DNA of 64,000 nt, taken from the NCBI GenBank assembly GCA_951406725.2, contig OX597818.1:86862001-86926000 (forward strand), in the 5' to 3' direction. Positions within the stretch are counted from its first letter, which is position 1. Every line of letters begins with the position of its first letter. The stretch is from Octopus vulgaris. Taxonomy: Eukaryota. The notes beneath the pieces were generated by a model, which was given only the letters and a program-made list of their open reading frames with translations, made no database searches and was not told the origin of the DNA. Of the stretch, positions 1 to 14,344 are shown piece after piece. The translations under genes and the position numbers were made by a program.

Positions 1-407
1 GCGATGGAAAATAGAAAAGCGACCTACACCCTCTCTCCTTAAAGCTACGTATTCCTTTTTTCATTCCTTGGCGTTTTCAAAGTTACTTATGACAGCTGTA
101 TTAACGTTATCATCCCACTGCCACTCCATATTTGTCGCTTCACAACGCTGTCTCCCCTTCTCTGATATCAGTTACACTCACTATGCCACCACATTTCCCT
201 CATACTAACACTCTTTGCACCCTTTTCACTTTATCAAATAAAAGCCTAAGAGGCCCATTATAGATTTTTATTGAAATCCAATTAGCCTAACATTAAACTG
301 GATGTTAGTTTAACTTGTATGCAAAGTTTCGTCAAGATTAGTTCACTGATGTAGGTAGCAAGATGGTAACAGACAGATTGACAGACAGAAATTGCCATTT
401 ATGTATA

Positions 408-409
<2 letters not shown>
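1..409 (+). mobile_element. 3' part of a Helitron/Helentron-type non-autonomous element (HINE/DINE-1-like), truncated by window start
   Basis: tgtatgcaaagtttcgtcaagattag followed by ACAG repeats (acagacagattgacagacag) and tttatgtataag, the typical end architecture of this class; family assignment is inference. Confidence 0.45.

Positions 410-468
<59 letters not shown>
409..468. repeat. (GT)n microsatellite
   Basis: direct read. Confidence 0.95.
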
Positions 469-476
<8 letters not shown>

Positions 477-1556
477 TGTTGCCTATATAATACTTATATA
501 ATGCTAAAACACTCTGCAGACTACGAAGGTCAATAAAATAGAAATAAAATTTAAAGATTTATTCTTTCTGTGCGGCCCAGTACTAACTGATTCACGACCC
601 GGATTGCTGTGAGCAGGGGCTAAGAACCCAGGGGCTAAGAACGCCGGAGGTCTTCACTCGACAAGCCGAACACACCAGACTGCCGCTGGAGCACTGGCTC
701 AGGGATGAAATTTGTTTAGTGGGTACACATTTGGTTATGGAGTGCAAACCCACGTCCAAATTTTTTTTACAAACAAGGTCTTATTGGTTTTTTTTTAGAT
801 TTATTTTAGTTCTTTGTTCTTTGAGAAGAAACCTAACTTCAAGCTACTTTTTACAGACCAAACGCACAGTTCTCTATACCTGAGAAAAGTAAGTAGGGGG
901 CTCAAATTTTGATTTTGTACCCTACAAAACTTTTAGAAGATGCACTTGCACCCCCTCTTCCTGGGCCATGCGTTTGAGGTATCACACCATGTGGAATTCC
1001 AGATGAGAGAGCCAACAACTATGTGTCTTCCAACTAACATCCACAAGGTTTTGGTCGATCCATGGCTTCGACAGGTGACACTTTCTTAATGTACCACGTA
1101 ATACACTGCGAACAAAATGCTTAGTGACATTTCGTCCGTAGGGTCAATAGTGCACATCTATGAGCAAAAATAATCATGGTCAAACTGCGGCCAAACTTTC
1201 CGAATGGCACGTTTAACAAAAATTTACCTTGAATTTTCTTGTCGCTTAGTTCACCTGATCAAAAATGTCACAATCTACACATGTAAGGGTTTGCTTGTGC
1301 GTACGCGCGCACCGAGGAAGGGCACACACACACACACACACACACGCATGCACACACGCGTGCGCGCACTTAAAAGGAACGTATTCTCCGGTGTCCTTTG
1401 TTTTTTACAGACGATCTGCTGTTATCTATATGTAATTTTAGTTGCTGTTTCTAGAAAGGTCGAGTAATCTCGTAGGAGCTACTTCTGTTTGGTTGCTTGT
1501 ACTCGTGGTTGTGTGATATATCGCAAGTGTAAAAACACGTAGGATAACAAAAAATA

Positions 1557-1603
<47 letters not shown>

Positions 1604-1693
1604 AAGAATAATTACCACAACACGACTGCTACTACAGCAAAGGCAATAACAACAAAAATTACAACCACAACAATTACTACAACCGCCACAACA

Positions 1694-1740
<47 letters not shown>

Positions 1741-1830
1741 AATAAGAGCATTTACTACAAAAGCAACAGCCAATAACTACCACTACTACAATAAGGACGA
1801 TTACTACTACTACTACTACTGCTGCTGCTG

Positions 1831-1910
<80 letters not shown>

Positions 1911-1920
1911 GCTACTACTA
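1557..1920. repeat. compound (ACT)n trinucleotide microsatellite
   Basis: direct read; explains the poly-V/poly-S ORF 1451..2110. Confidence 0.95.
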
Positions 1921-2584
1921 TTGCAACGTAAACAAGGACGAGGGCGTATTGGCTGTTTTTCATATTAGCCTCAGGCCAATCTTCATGGAGCTGACCCTTG
2001 GTCATAGCTGTTCCAGTCCTGATCATCTTGCTTTGATTTTGGCAGTGTGCCGAAGACAAGATCATTTTTAATGTATCCTTTTTTTTTATAAAATACAAAA
2101 ACAAAACCAAAAAAATAAGACAGTGATGTGCAGTCTGAGAGTGATTTGTTTGCTATTTCTAACAGATCAAGTAACGACGCACATAGAAGCTTTTCCCGTC
2201 TGGATGTTTACGGTTGTTTGATTGGTGCAAAAAACGTTATGGTGGATGATACTGTTGTTACGAACAGTATGCGATAAACAGCCACCACAACACTCATTCT
2301 ACATTGCCACAACCACCACAAGTAGCAAAAACAACAATTGTTGCAGCAAGAACTAGCACAACAACAACAACAACAATAACAAAGCGAGCATATTGGTTTG
2401 AATCATCTGCTGTTAGCTTCTAGTTGCCCCCAGTGGGACTTCGCTATGAACGATTCTCAGCTCCATTATTCTCTGAACAAAAAAAACCAAAAAAACAAGC
2501 AGTTTTTTTTGTTTTTTAATTGATGGTTTTGATATTGCGAAACTTTCTGTTAGGTTTGTTTGTCACAAAGGTAACCGTTTATGG

Positions 2585-2646
<62 letters not shown>

Positions 2647-2932
2647 AGGCATGCATGCATGTATACACATACACATTTACGTAGGTATATATATATATAT
2701 TTATACATATATATATATGCATGTGTAGACATAAACACACACACACACACACACACACACGCACTCACACACACATATACATACACACTGACATGTAATA
2801 TATACGCAGGTATACACACGCACAAGCACGCCCACAATTATACGTATATACATTTTCTTCTGCATATTCATATATGAATATAATTACACAAACGTGCGCG
2901 AGCAATCTTAACTTTTAAGCAAGAATATTGTA

Positions 2933-2980
2933 GACAGTGAGTTCGAAGTTTCGGCCAGTTGAGCCATCATCAGACTGCGC
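2933..2980 (-). ncRNA. type I hammerhead ribozyme motif (Penelope/retrozyme-type), one helix-III mismatch
   Basis: minus strand gcagt CTGATGA tggct caact ggcc GAAA cttcgaac TC actgt: helix I cagt/actg, helix II ggct/ggcc, palindromic ttcgaa in helix III. Confidence 0.7.
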
Positions 2981-3031
2981 TACATCATCCGTCACACATA
3001 TATAAATTATATTCATAAGCATGTGTGTGTG

Positions 3032-3076
<45 letters not shown>

Positions 3077-3360
3077 TCCAAAAACGAGATTGTTGGATAG
3101 TGTCCACAGTCTCCGTACGTCCATACTAGGGAATTCATACGGAAATTGTCATGGTAGTGCATATGCTAAGACCCAATGAAGGATATGCCTGACGACTCAA
3201 CCTTCCACAACCGTCACAGGAATAATGGGCTGAGATGTGTGTGTGTGTATGTATGTATGTATGTATGTATGTATGTATGTATGTATGTATGTAGTGAAGC
3301 AGATAAATACGATTAGGCTTGATATTCGCTATAACTGACCGCTAGCCACTAAAGCATTTT

Positions 3361-3520
3361 TAATTCTCACTCTGTATATTTTCTCGTGTTCCTTTCTGTT
3401 GAAGAGTGTAGGCTCGAAATGTAAAAGGCTTTCACATCTTCCCGAGCGTCAAACTAATACATCTGTTTGTTGTTTACACACCTGTCTTTCTCATTTGTTT
3501 TTTGTAAATTCCAACTATAT
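3361..3520 (+). mobile_element. Penelope-like terminal-repeat fragment with a degenerate minimal hammerhead (3391-3428)
   Basis: ccttt CTGTTGA agagt gtag gctc GAAA tg TA aaagg: 5-bp helix I, 4-bp helix II; downstream gagcgtcaaactaatac resembles motifs in the copies at ~7075 (-) and ~8685. Confidence 0.6.
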
Positions 3521-3521
3521 G

Positions 3522-3602
<81 letters not shown>

Positions 3603-3618
3603 GTATTCTTTTATTTTC

Positions 3619-4001
3619 TCTTTTACGTGTTTCAACCTTTTGACTGTGGCAATGCTGCAGCACCAACTTAGAGGAATTTAAAAATCGACTCCAGGACTTA
3701 TTTTTTGTAAGCCTAGTACTTATTCTATCGGTGTCTTATACCTAACCTCTAAGTTTCGGGGACGTAAACACAGAAACATTGGTTATCAAGCGATGGTGAG
3801 GCGGGGACAAACACAGGCTCGAAGACACACACACATTAAGATATATATATATATATATGGGCACAGGAGTGGCTGCGTGGTAAGTAGCTTACTTACTAAC
3901 CACATTGTTCCGGGTTCAGTCCCACTGCGTGGCACCTTGTTGTGGGTGGATTTGGTAGACGTAAACTGAAAGAAGTAAAAGAATAAAAATATAAAAAGAA
4001 A

Positions 4002-4045
<44 letters not shown>

Positions 4046-4140
4046 CAGGCTTCTTTCAGTTTCCGTCTACCAAATCCACTCACAAGGCTTTAATCGACCC
4101 GCGGTTATAGTAGAAGACACTCGACCAAGGTGCCACGCAC
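3619..4140 (-). mobile_element. SINE family A (minus) with a partial plus-strand family A copy (3859-3990) nested in its central TA tract
   Basis: tail half 3619-3830 and head half 4043-4140 match other family A copies. Confidence 0.85.
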
Positions 4141-4478
4141 TAGGAGTATACATACACACGCACGCACGCACACACACACACAAATATATAATTGTTAAAG
4201 AGGATAACAATGGTCCTCTTTAACAATTATATATCCGCTATATCGGAAATCTACAATGGTTCCATAACTACCGTCTCAGCTATAACCTTGGCGTACTGGT
4301 AATCCGTTACAGCACTTACCTAGCGTACCTAGTCGTTTACATCACCTGCAAGCTAAACCCCCATACTTTGTACACACACACACACATATACATACACACA
4401 TATATGGATATGTGTTGATACAAAAACTAAATATATTCAGAAGATAAACGCATATGTACATGCATATAGATATTTATA

Positions 4479-4730
4479 TATATTGAGAAATAAATCAATT
4501 TTCCATGGAGTACAGGAAATGCAGAAAATGCCAATATTACTCCTGACGATGGAAGATAGTATTACGAGTATTTCTCTACGACACCATTTACTGGTTGCAA
4601 ATTATGAACATTACGATTATTAGGTAATGTCGCGCCTCCAGAAACAGCTGTTGAGTTAAAAACCGATGCATTTTTCCCTTAGTTTTCTTGTATTTTTTAT
4701 ACTCCATGTACAAGTGAATTTGTCAATATA
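4479..4730 (+). mobile_element. ~250-bp element with imperfect inverted arms enclosing a type I hammerhead ribozyme (4535-4657)
   Basis: arms tattgagaaat..catggagta..agaaaa / ttttct..tactccatg..atttgtcaata; core actc CTGACGA tgga[~80 nt]tcca GAAA cagctg TT gagt. Confidence 0.7.
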
Positions 4731-4800
4731 TGTTCTTGTACATATGTATTTATCTTGTGAATGCATTTAGTTTTTGAATACATACATACATACACACACA

Positions 4801-4873
<73 letters not shown>

Positions 4874-5242
4874 AGCCTAATCGCGTTTACTTGCATCACT
4901 ATCCAAAAGCTTGTATACATGAAATGCAGGGAGTGTAAACGCCTCCCTAAAACTTTTCGTGCACCATGAGTATGCTTTGAAGATCTCCCTGAAAAACTGG
5001 ATTTGTACCTCATAAGCAAATTTCGTTCCAGCACTTATGTCGCTATCTCCGTATCAGCTCTCCTAGGTTCCTCTTTTAGCCATTCTTTAATTCCGTGAAC
5101 CTAACCCTCGATAAACACGTCAGAATTTAAGTTCAAATTAATTAAGCACTACGACTTGTTTTCTAACTTAATCATCTCTGGGTCTCATTTGTGTGTGTAT
5201 GTATGTATGTATGTATGTATGTATGTATGTATGTATGTATGT

Positions 5243-5780
5243 CCCATATTTTTGTTATAAATCGTCCACTGAGGAGGGAGCCGGTTTCCAACAAAGATAC
5301 TTTGTAGTTAACACAGACAAATTCACTGTTAGAACTTGAGAAAAGTCTTGCATATTTTTACTCTTCCACTCACAGATTGCACTTGTAATATACAAATTAG
5401 CCGGTCGATTTCTCTTTCCGAAAAATCCCAGTTTATACAGATTCTCCTTTAAGAATTTACTAACAAAACCTAGTGCTCAAATTATTATTGGTATCAATAT
5501 GAATTCATAATCCGGATATAGAAGCTGGAGGTTTCGAAGCAGTTGACCATAGATATCCTTTTTTCCTTTGATTTTCAAAGAAATATTTATATCTGCTAGG
5601 CAGATGACTTCTATGATCGTACATACCTTTGCCCCTCTGTCCCAAGTAACAATATCTGGCCAGTTATGCTTACACGTGCCAGACATTTTGGTGGGAATAT
5701 TCCACCAGTATTTCTTGACTTACAATTTTCTAAGTTTATTTCAGGACAGTCTTTTTTGCGGATGGCATTGTAAGTTGTTT

Positions 5781-5785
<5 letters not shown>
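5243..5785 (-). mobile_element. 5'-truncated non-LTR retrotransposon with restriction-like endonuclease (R4/Dong-like), 3' end; pseudogenic
   Basis: translation KHNWPDIVTWD..CTIIEVICLADINI..KKDIYGQL..LYPDYEFILIPIII*ALG matches the RLE PD-(D/E) domain and the PIIIGALG motif; in-frame stop; flanked on both sides by (TATG)n. Confidence 0.8.
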
Positions 5786-5814
<29 letters not shown>

Positions 5815-5933
5815 TGTATGTATGTATGTATGTATGTATGTATGTATGTATGTATGTATGTATGTATGTATGTACGTACGTATGTATGTACGTATGTATG
5901 TATGCAAGCATATAGACAGACAGACAGACAGAT

Positions 5934-6015
<82 letters not shown>
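5786..6015. repeat. (TATG)n and (AGAT)n microsatellites
   Basis: direct read. Confidence 0.95.
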
Positions 6016-6016
<1 letters not shown>

Positions 6017-6114
6017 AGTGCTTGTATGTGTATTTGTGTGTGTATGTCAAGTCACTTGTGTATGTAGAACAAAATTAATTGTCTGTAACGTAACATATTT
6101 ACATCATGCATGTA

Positions 6115-6178
<64 letters not shown>

Positions 6179-6549
6179 TTATACACACACTATGGTATGT
6201 ACAAGCATAAATATTTCAGTCACGCTTGCACGTAAAGGCGGATATGTAAATATGCTAAGTTGTGCGAGTGCATATGTATGTATGGAAATGTGCCTCTGTG
6301 TGTGTGTGTGTGTGTGTGTGTGAGATGGGGAGAGAGGTGAATGCGAAAGTATGTGTGCGAGCGCAGAGTGAAGAGCTGAACTGAATATGATCATATCTCA
6401 TAGACAAGAAAATAACCCACGTGCTGTAGTCAAGTGGGGATTGAACTTGCATCGCCGAATTCCCCAGAGACTTACGCAAATGTTTCGAGGCGTTCTCTCA
6501 GTGCGCGTGCGGATGTGTGAGCATGTGTGTATGCAAAAATACATAGATA

Positions 6550-8300
<1,751 letters not shown>

Positions 8301-8706
8301 AATATAATGTTATATATATAGAGAGAGAGGAAGTGAGAGGAGAGAGAGAGAAAAGAGAGAGAGAGAGAGGGAGTGAGAGAGGAAGAAATACTTTGAATTA
8401 ACTGGAGTGTTATGGACAATCTTCTTTTTAACCATAAAATCGAATGTCACGGCGTGTTTTTGAATTTTCTGACATTTTTCTTTCTCTGTCACCCGCGTTC
8501 CTGTGTGTCTGCTGTCTGTCTGTCTGTCTGTCTGTTTATCTATCTGTCAATCTGTTTGTCTATCTGTCTGTTTGTCTGTCTGTCTATCTCTCTTTCCCTT
8601 TGTATGTTTTCTTCTTTCTTCTGAAGGAACACTGACATCCGAAACGTCACATTCCATCATACTCTTTTCAAGTACTCATCACAAGCGTTAAACTAACACT
8701 GTATTA

Positions 8707-8870
8707 GTATATTTCTTTATTGCCCACAAGGGGCTAAACATAGAGGGGACAAACAAAGACAGACAAAGGGATTAAGTCAACTACATCGACCCCAGTGCGT
8801 AACTAGTACTTTATTTATCGACCCCGAAAGGATGAAAGGCAAAGTCGACCTCGGCGGTGTTTGAACCCAG
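8707..8870 (-). mobile_element. SINE family B, 5'-truncated
   Basis: gtcgactttgcctttcatcctttcggggtcgataaa core and gggcaataaagaaata tail. Confidence 0.9.
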
Positions 8871-9568
8871 TAGGAGAATATTGTAGTTCGCTTGAAGCAT
8901 TGTGTATCGTTTGTAAAGAATAAAAAGTTTCGAATGATATAATAATGGCGCAGGAGTGGCTGTGTGGTAAGTAGCTTGCTTACCAACCACATGGTTCCGG
9001 ATTCAGTCCCACTGCGTGGCACCTTGGGCAAGTGTCTTCTACTATAGCTTCGGGCCGACCAAAGCCCTGTGAGAGGATTTGGTAGGTGGAAACTGAAAGA
9101 AGCAGGTCGTATATATGTATATGTATATATATATATATTTGTGTATGTGTGTGTATATGTTTGTGTGTCTGTGTCCCCCCCCCCAACATCGCCTGACAAC
9201 CGATGCTGGTGTGTTTATGTCTCCGTCATTTAGCGGTTCGGCAAAAGAGACCGATAGAATAAGTACTAGGCTTACAAAGAATAAGTCCCGGGGTCGATTT
9301 GTTCGACTAAAGGTGGGGCTCCAGCATGGCCGCAGTCAAATGACTGAAACAAATAAAAGAGTAAAGAGTAATGCACTATAATACAGACAAATGGCTATAT
9401 ACCTGTTGCAATATGGTCATCCATAGTCTGATATGATGATATTTCGGAATAAATTACAACAGGTATATAGCCCATTGTCTGTATTATAGTGCATTGTTGT
9501 ACCATTCAAAACTTTTTATTCTTTACAAACAATACACAATGCTTCAAGCGAACTTCAATATTCTCCTA
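8871..9568. mobile_element. fold-back MITE with ~115-bp inverted arms; left arm interrupted by SINE A
   Basis: 8871-8946 plus 9370-9413 is the reverse complement of 9453-9568 (taggagaatattg.agttcgcttgaagcattgtgta..). Confidence 0.8.
8947..9369 (+). mobile_element. SINE family A, full length (tRNA-like head, central TA/GT tract, tail ..gactgaaacaa.taaaagag)
   Basis: A/B-box-like tggctgtgtggtaag and gattcagtccc; taatg duplicated at the flanks; many copies in window. Confidence 0.92.
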
Positions 9569-9599
9569 TCTCTACGTCTGAGCCAGGCCGAGTTCGAAA

Positions 9600-10100
9600 C
9601 CGCTAGGTAGTTGATCAAGCTCTCTGAGAAACGTGCTAAAATCGGATGCCAAATAAACTGTATTAGTAATATTTCTTTTCACATTTCTTATTCGGCATGG
9701 AGGCGAGGGTTAAGTGAACGACTATGTAGAGTGAGGCAAACACTGATTTCACATCGTAGGAACCGCCGATTAGAAAGGGCGCAAGACAGCTGACTCGTTC
9801 CATGAATTGGTCGTCCGAAGGTTGAATAGACGGTCCAACAGAGAGAGAGAGGGGGGGAGTGTGAGAGAGTAACATAGAGAGTATTCGTAGCTGTAGAGAT
9901 GCAGAGGAAGGATTTGGACAAACGAAATGATTGTTTGTTGAACTGGTGAGGGTGGGAAAGTTGAAAGTTGATGAGGGACGAATAGGTATGACAATGAGAT
10001 CGGGAGCATGGGGTGGATGCAGCTTGATTCGGGGTGAAAGTGATGTGTTGAGACTGAGTCATGAATCTATGGCTGAATCTGAAGACTCGACTGAGATGGA
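9600..10100 (-). mobile_element. decayed Penelope-like element, GIY-YIG endonuclease region
   Basis: broken frames PCSRSHCHT..SFRLSKSFLC / LSVGPSIQPSDDQFME / SVCLTLHS..RLHAE resemble PC.R..C.TC and LYVGQT..L.DRF.EH. Confidence 0.55.
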
Positions 10101-10487
10101 AGAACTAGAAATTAAAGAAAGCGTGCTTGGTGTTATGGTGGTGGAAAGAAGTGGAATCAAGAGAGGAGTGGAAACCGGTGGGTTTATTTACGAATGCGAA
10201 GTTACAGTAGTCATTGAAGACAAGTTGACATATGTGTGCGTACTCAGTGGCGTGTGTGAGTGTAATTGGCTAAAGAAGGCAAAATAATACATGTATATGT
10301 ATATACATGCATACATACAGACACACACATACCTGTATGATAAACGTACATGCATTCAAATTTACATACATAGACGCATGTATATGAATATACATGTGTG
10401 TTTGTATGTGTATATATGTATGTGTGTATATGTGTGTGTGTGTATCTATATCGACTACTTTGTCCATCTGTTCATGGTGTGGCACTC

Positions 10488-11208
<721 letters not shown>

Positions 11209-11422
11209 TTTAATTTTTTTTGGAAGTCGTAGAGCAAAGAAACGGATGAGAATTGCTGGCTTATAAAACTGGCTTCAAAAGCTTTGACACAAAGAGAGTT
11301 TAAAGAATTTAGTCTTAACTAACTAAAACCTTGTTTTGTTTGTGTTCCTCTACAATTCTTTGTTAGGAGGATATTTTAATCGTAGGGTGTCCTTGCTACC
11401 CACTGACGCCAGGTTTTCTTCA

Positions 11423-11630
11423 CCTGAGGATGTGCGGAAAAGTTCCTGGCTTTAAGGGAGTCGCAAAAGGCCTGGTTTGAGACCCAACCTTCCGAGTTCT
11501 TTTACAGGGCTTAGAAAAACTGAAGGACCGGTGCAATAAGTGTGTGAATCTAAGGGGGGAATGTGTTGAATAAAATTATAATTAACTGATCCTCCTACAT
11601 TTTTTTACCCAAAGCTATGAACTTTTCAGC
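11423..11630 (+). mobile_element. mariner-derived MITE, decayed copy
   Basis: encodes WFETQPSEF / LQGLEKLKDRCNKCVNLRGECVE*, the mariner transposase C-terminus. Confidence 0.8.
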
Positions 11631-11687
<57 letters not shown>

Positions 11688-11695
11688 TATACACG

Positions 11696-11729
<34 letters not shown>

Positions 11730-11730
<1 letters not shown>

Positions 11731-11957
11731 ACGAGGGCGGGGGTTGAAAAGTTCCTGGCTTTAAGGGTGTCGTGAAAGGCTTGGCTGGAGGCTCAGCCTT
11801 CTGAGTTCTTTTGCAGGGCTTAGAAAAAAAAACTGAATGACCGCTACGATAAGTGTGTGAATCTGAGGGGGGAATATGTTGAATAAAATCATAATTAACT
11901 GATTCCTCAGTATTTTCTTTTACCCAGAGCCAAAAACTTTTTAGCACCCACCTCGTA
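11730..11957 (+). mobile_element. mariner-derived MITE
   Basis: TIRs acgagg..tgaaaagttcctggct / agccaaaaacttttt..cctcgta; KCVNLRGEYVE* remnant. Confidence 0.85.
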
Positions 11958-12349
11958 TAATAAAGGTACTGATGCAGAAATATTACTACTTGCATATATT
12001 TAAGCCTATGTATTAGTATTTCTCATGAAACCCCGAGCGACCTCTTCATGAGAGGTCACTAGTAGTAAGAACACTACCGTTCCAGGTCTATTCTGGGGGG
12101 TGGGTTATATGTGTTCGCTAGTTCGGGTAGCAACTGTAATCACATTTACCTCAAATGATACTGTTGCCATCTTAAAGATGGAAGATAAGATGAATAAGAT
12201 AACGTTGTCTGAAAAGCAAGGTGGAATTGTCACGGCTGCAATGTGTTTGGACATATGTCTGCTAAATTAAGGCTGGTTTGAAGTTATTGACCCGCTCGAC
12301 CTGTTAGAGAAAATCAGGTAAATCATCTTATGTGACACTATCGTTTTGT

Positions 12350-12650
12350 GGAGGCACATGGCCTAGTGGTTAGAGCAGCAAACTCGCGGTCGAGGGATCG
12401 CGGGTTCGAATCTCAGACCGGGCGATGTGTGTGTTTATGAGCGAAACACCTAAGCTCTATGCAGCTCCGGCAGCAGGTAATGGCGAACTTCTGCTGATTC
12501 TTTCGCCATAACTGTCTTTCACTCTTTCCTCCTGCATCATGCAGCTCATCTGCGACGGACTGGCGCCCCGTCCAGGTGGGGAACCAATACGCCAAGGAAA
12601 CCGGAAAACCGGCCCTTATGAGCCAGGGATGGCTCGAGAAGGAACGAACT
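12350..12650 (+). mobile_element. tRNA-derived SINE family C with V-domain-like segment
   Basis: tggcctagtggttagagc and gggttcgaatctc boxes; ctgcgacggactggcgccccgtccagg; TSD ctat(c/t)gttttg at 12338-12348 and 12651-12661. Confidence 0.85.
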
Positions 12651-12794
12651 CTATTGTTTTGATTATAAGAAAAAAGAACAAGAAAAGATACGATATATCA
12701 GATAATGTAATCCTCGATACACTTTGCTTGGGAAAGAGATACAGTTGGAATACTGCTTAATTCTAAGGAAATAAGATTGATGGGGAGGTTGAAA

Positions 12795-13125
12795 AGGGGT
12801 AAAGAGTAAAGACCCCCTTCGGTCATCAATGACTACGGGATTGCACCATGGAAGTTTCCCTCTGAAGCACATGTCTGGGAAAGGTTGTTTATGGAAGACC
12901 AGCTGTCGCCCACGCATACCAGCCTCTTCTCTCCACACCACCGATGTTATCCAAGGGAAAGGCAAAGGGACCGATACAGCTTGGCACCAATGACGTCGCA
13001 ACTCATTTCTACAGCTGAGTGAACTGGAGCAATGTGAAAGTGTCTTGCTCGAGAACACAACATACAGCCCGAGCCAGGAATGATTGTGAGCCCGACGCCC
13101 TAACCACAGAGCTATGCGTCTTCGC
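12795..13125 (-). mobile_element. tRNA-derived SINE family D (CORE-like body)
   Basis: reverse-complement match to 46960-47290; tail gaccgaagggggtctttac. Confidence 0.85.
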
Positions 13126-13269
13126 CATGGACGTTCACGCATTAAGACACTCTTGGGAGAGTTGGGCAGTTGAAGTTCTTCAGAGAAGTCAATCTCTCTC
13201 GTGAAAATGTTTTGGCGGCCCTTAACTAATTACAATCTAAAGAATCCGGGCCGCATCCGGGTAACGACT

Positions 13270-13620
13270 CTTGGATATCTGGATATCCCTCTGCTGCAAC
13301 GTCCTGTGCAATTCTTTGCATAGTAACAGGCACTTTCCCAGGTGGTTAAGATACCCCAGAGCAAAGGTACCATGGGAGTCGAAACCACTTCAGTCCAAGA
13401 CACAACTTACGCTTTCTGAAATTCACTTTCTTTTCTCCTTGTGTAGATTCAACTGGAACTCATCTCAGATGCTTCTGCTAAGGCCCTAAGAGTTTTGGTT
13501 CTCTTCTCAGAAATCGGGAGCTATTTCATGACATCGTAAACAGATTTCCCACAAAGCCTCTCGTACCCACATCTATAGCGAGGGCTTTAATGGGGGAAGC
13601 ACGATTCTCTCAATTTGGCG
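13270..13620 (-). mobile_element. decayed RLE-type LINE 3' end (HERO/NeSL-like)
   Basis: broken frames AIDVGTRGFVG and TLRALAEASEMSSS*IYTRR resemble EVGCRGF and EAAE.SS.WIW..R. Confidence 0.55.
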
Positions 13621-13939
13621 GCTAAATAACCATATATCTATGTCTTGTAGATGTGGGGTTCCGCCATTCTGATTTCATACGGCGTCCAATCAGAATCCCT
13701 TTAGCAGTAAACAGCCACAACTTCGACAATAACAACAACAGCAACAACACCAAAAACAGCTGCAGCAGTACCAAACCATCACAACTTCCAACCCCACCAT
13801 CACTTCAACTAGCACCGTTGGCAGCAGCCGCCGCCGTGACCATAACAACCTCAAGTACTACTACCAATACTACCATATCATCATCACAACCACCACCACC
13901 ACCACTACAATGAAGCCTCCACAACCAGCAGCAACAGCA

Positions 13940-14295
13940 GGAGGCGCAATGGCCCAGTGGTTAGGGCAGCGGACTCGCGGTCGGAGGATCGAGGTTTCGA
14001 TTCCCAGACCGGGCGTTGTGTGTGTTTATTGAGCGAAAACACCTAAAGCTCCACGAGGCTCCGGCAGGGGGTAGTGGCGACCCCTGTTGTACTCTTTCGC
14101 CCCAACTTTCTCTCACTCTTTCTTCCTGTTTCTTGTCCCCGACTTCCTACGCAACCGCTGAGCCTGGATGCGCATTCATCCATCCGTCGATGCTCTCGGT
14201 GTCGGGGGTTGGCCTGCTTTCTCTTCTGCGGGTCTTACGAATAGCAAAGGACCACGTTTCGGACTTCTCCCACTAGGACGAAGACCGCTACGCTC
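13940..14295 (+). mobile_element. SINE with family C head and a different 3' tail
   Basis: 13940-14135 matches the 12350 copy and then diverges; flanked by cagcaacagca repeats. Confidence 0.75.
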
Positions 14296-14344
14296 AACAG
14301 CAACAGCAACAACAGCAGCACCATAACTACCACCACCACTACAC

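Noticed and set aside
1451-2110. 219-aa ORF with poly-V/poly-S/Cys runs
   Set aside because: Translation of the (ACT)n microsatellite; non-ATG start and no domain.
4871-5185. Complex island with 94-aa ORF 4750..5034
   Set aside because: No recognisable motif or splice structure; probably a TE fragment but not classifiable by eye.
8777-9381. Recurrent peptides such as RLWSARGYSRRHLPKVPRSGTEPGTMWLV that look like a gene family
   Set aside because: Translations of non-coding SINE family A.
12350-12425. tRNA-like sequences at SINE heads (also 13940, 46960, 48540, 58489)
   Set aside because: No complete cloverleaf; they continue into SINE bodies.
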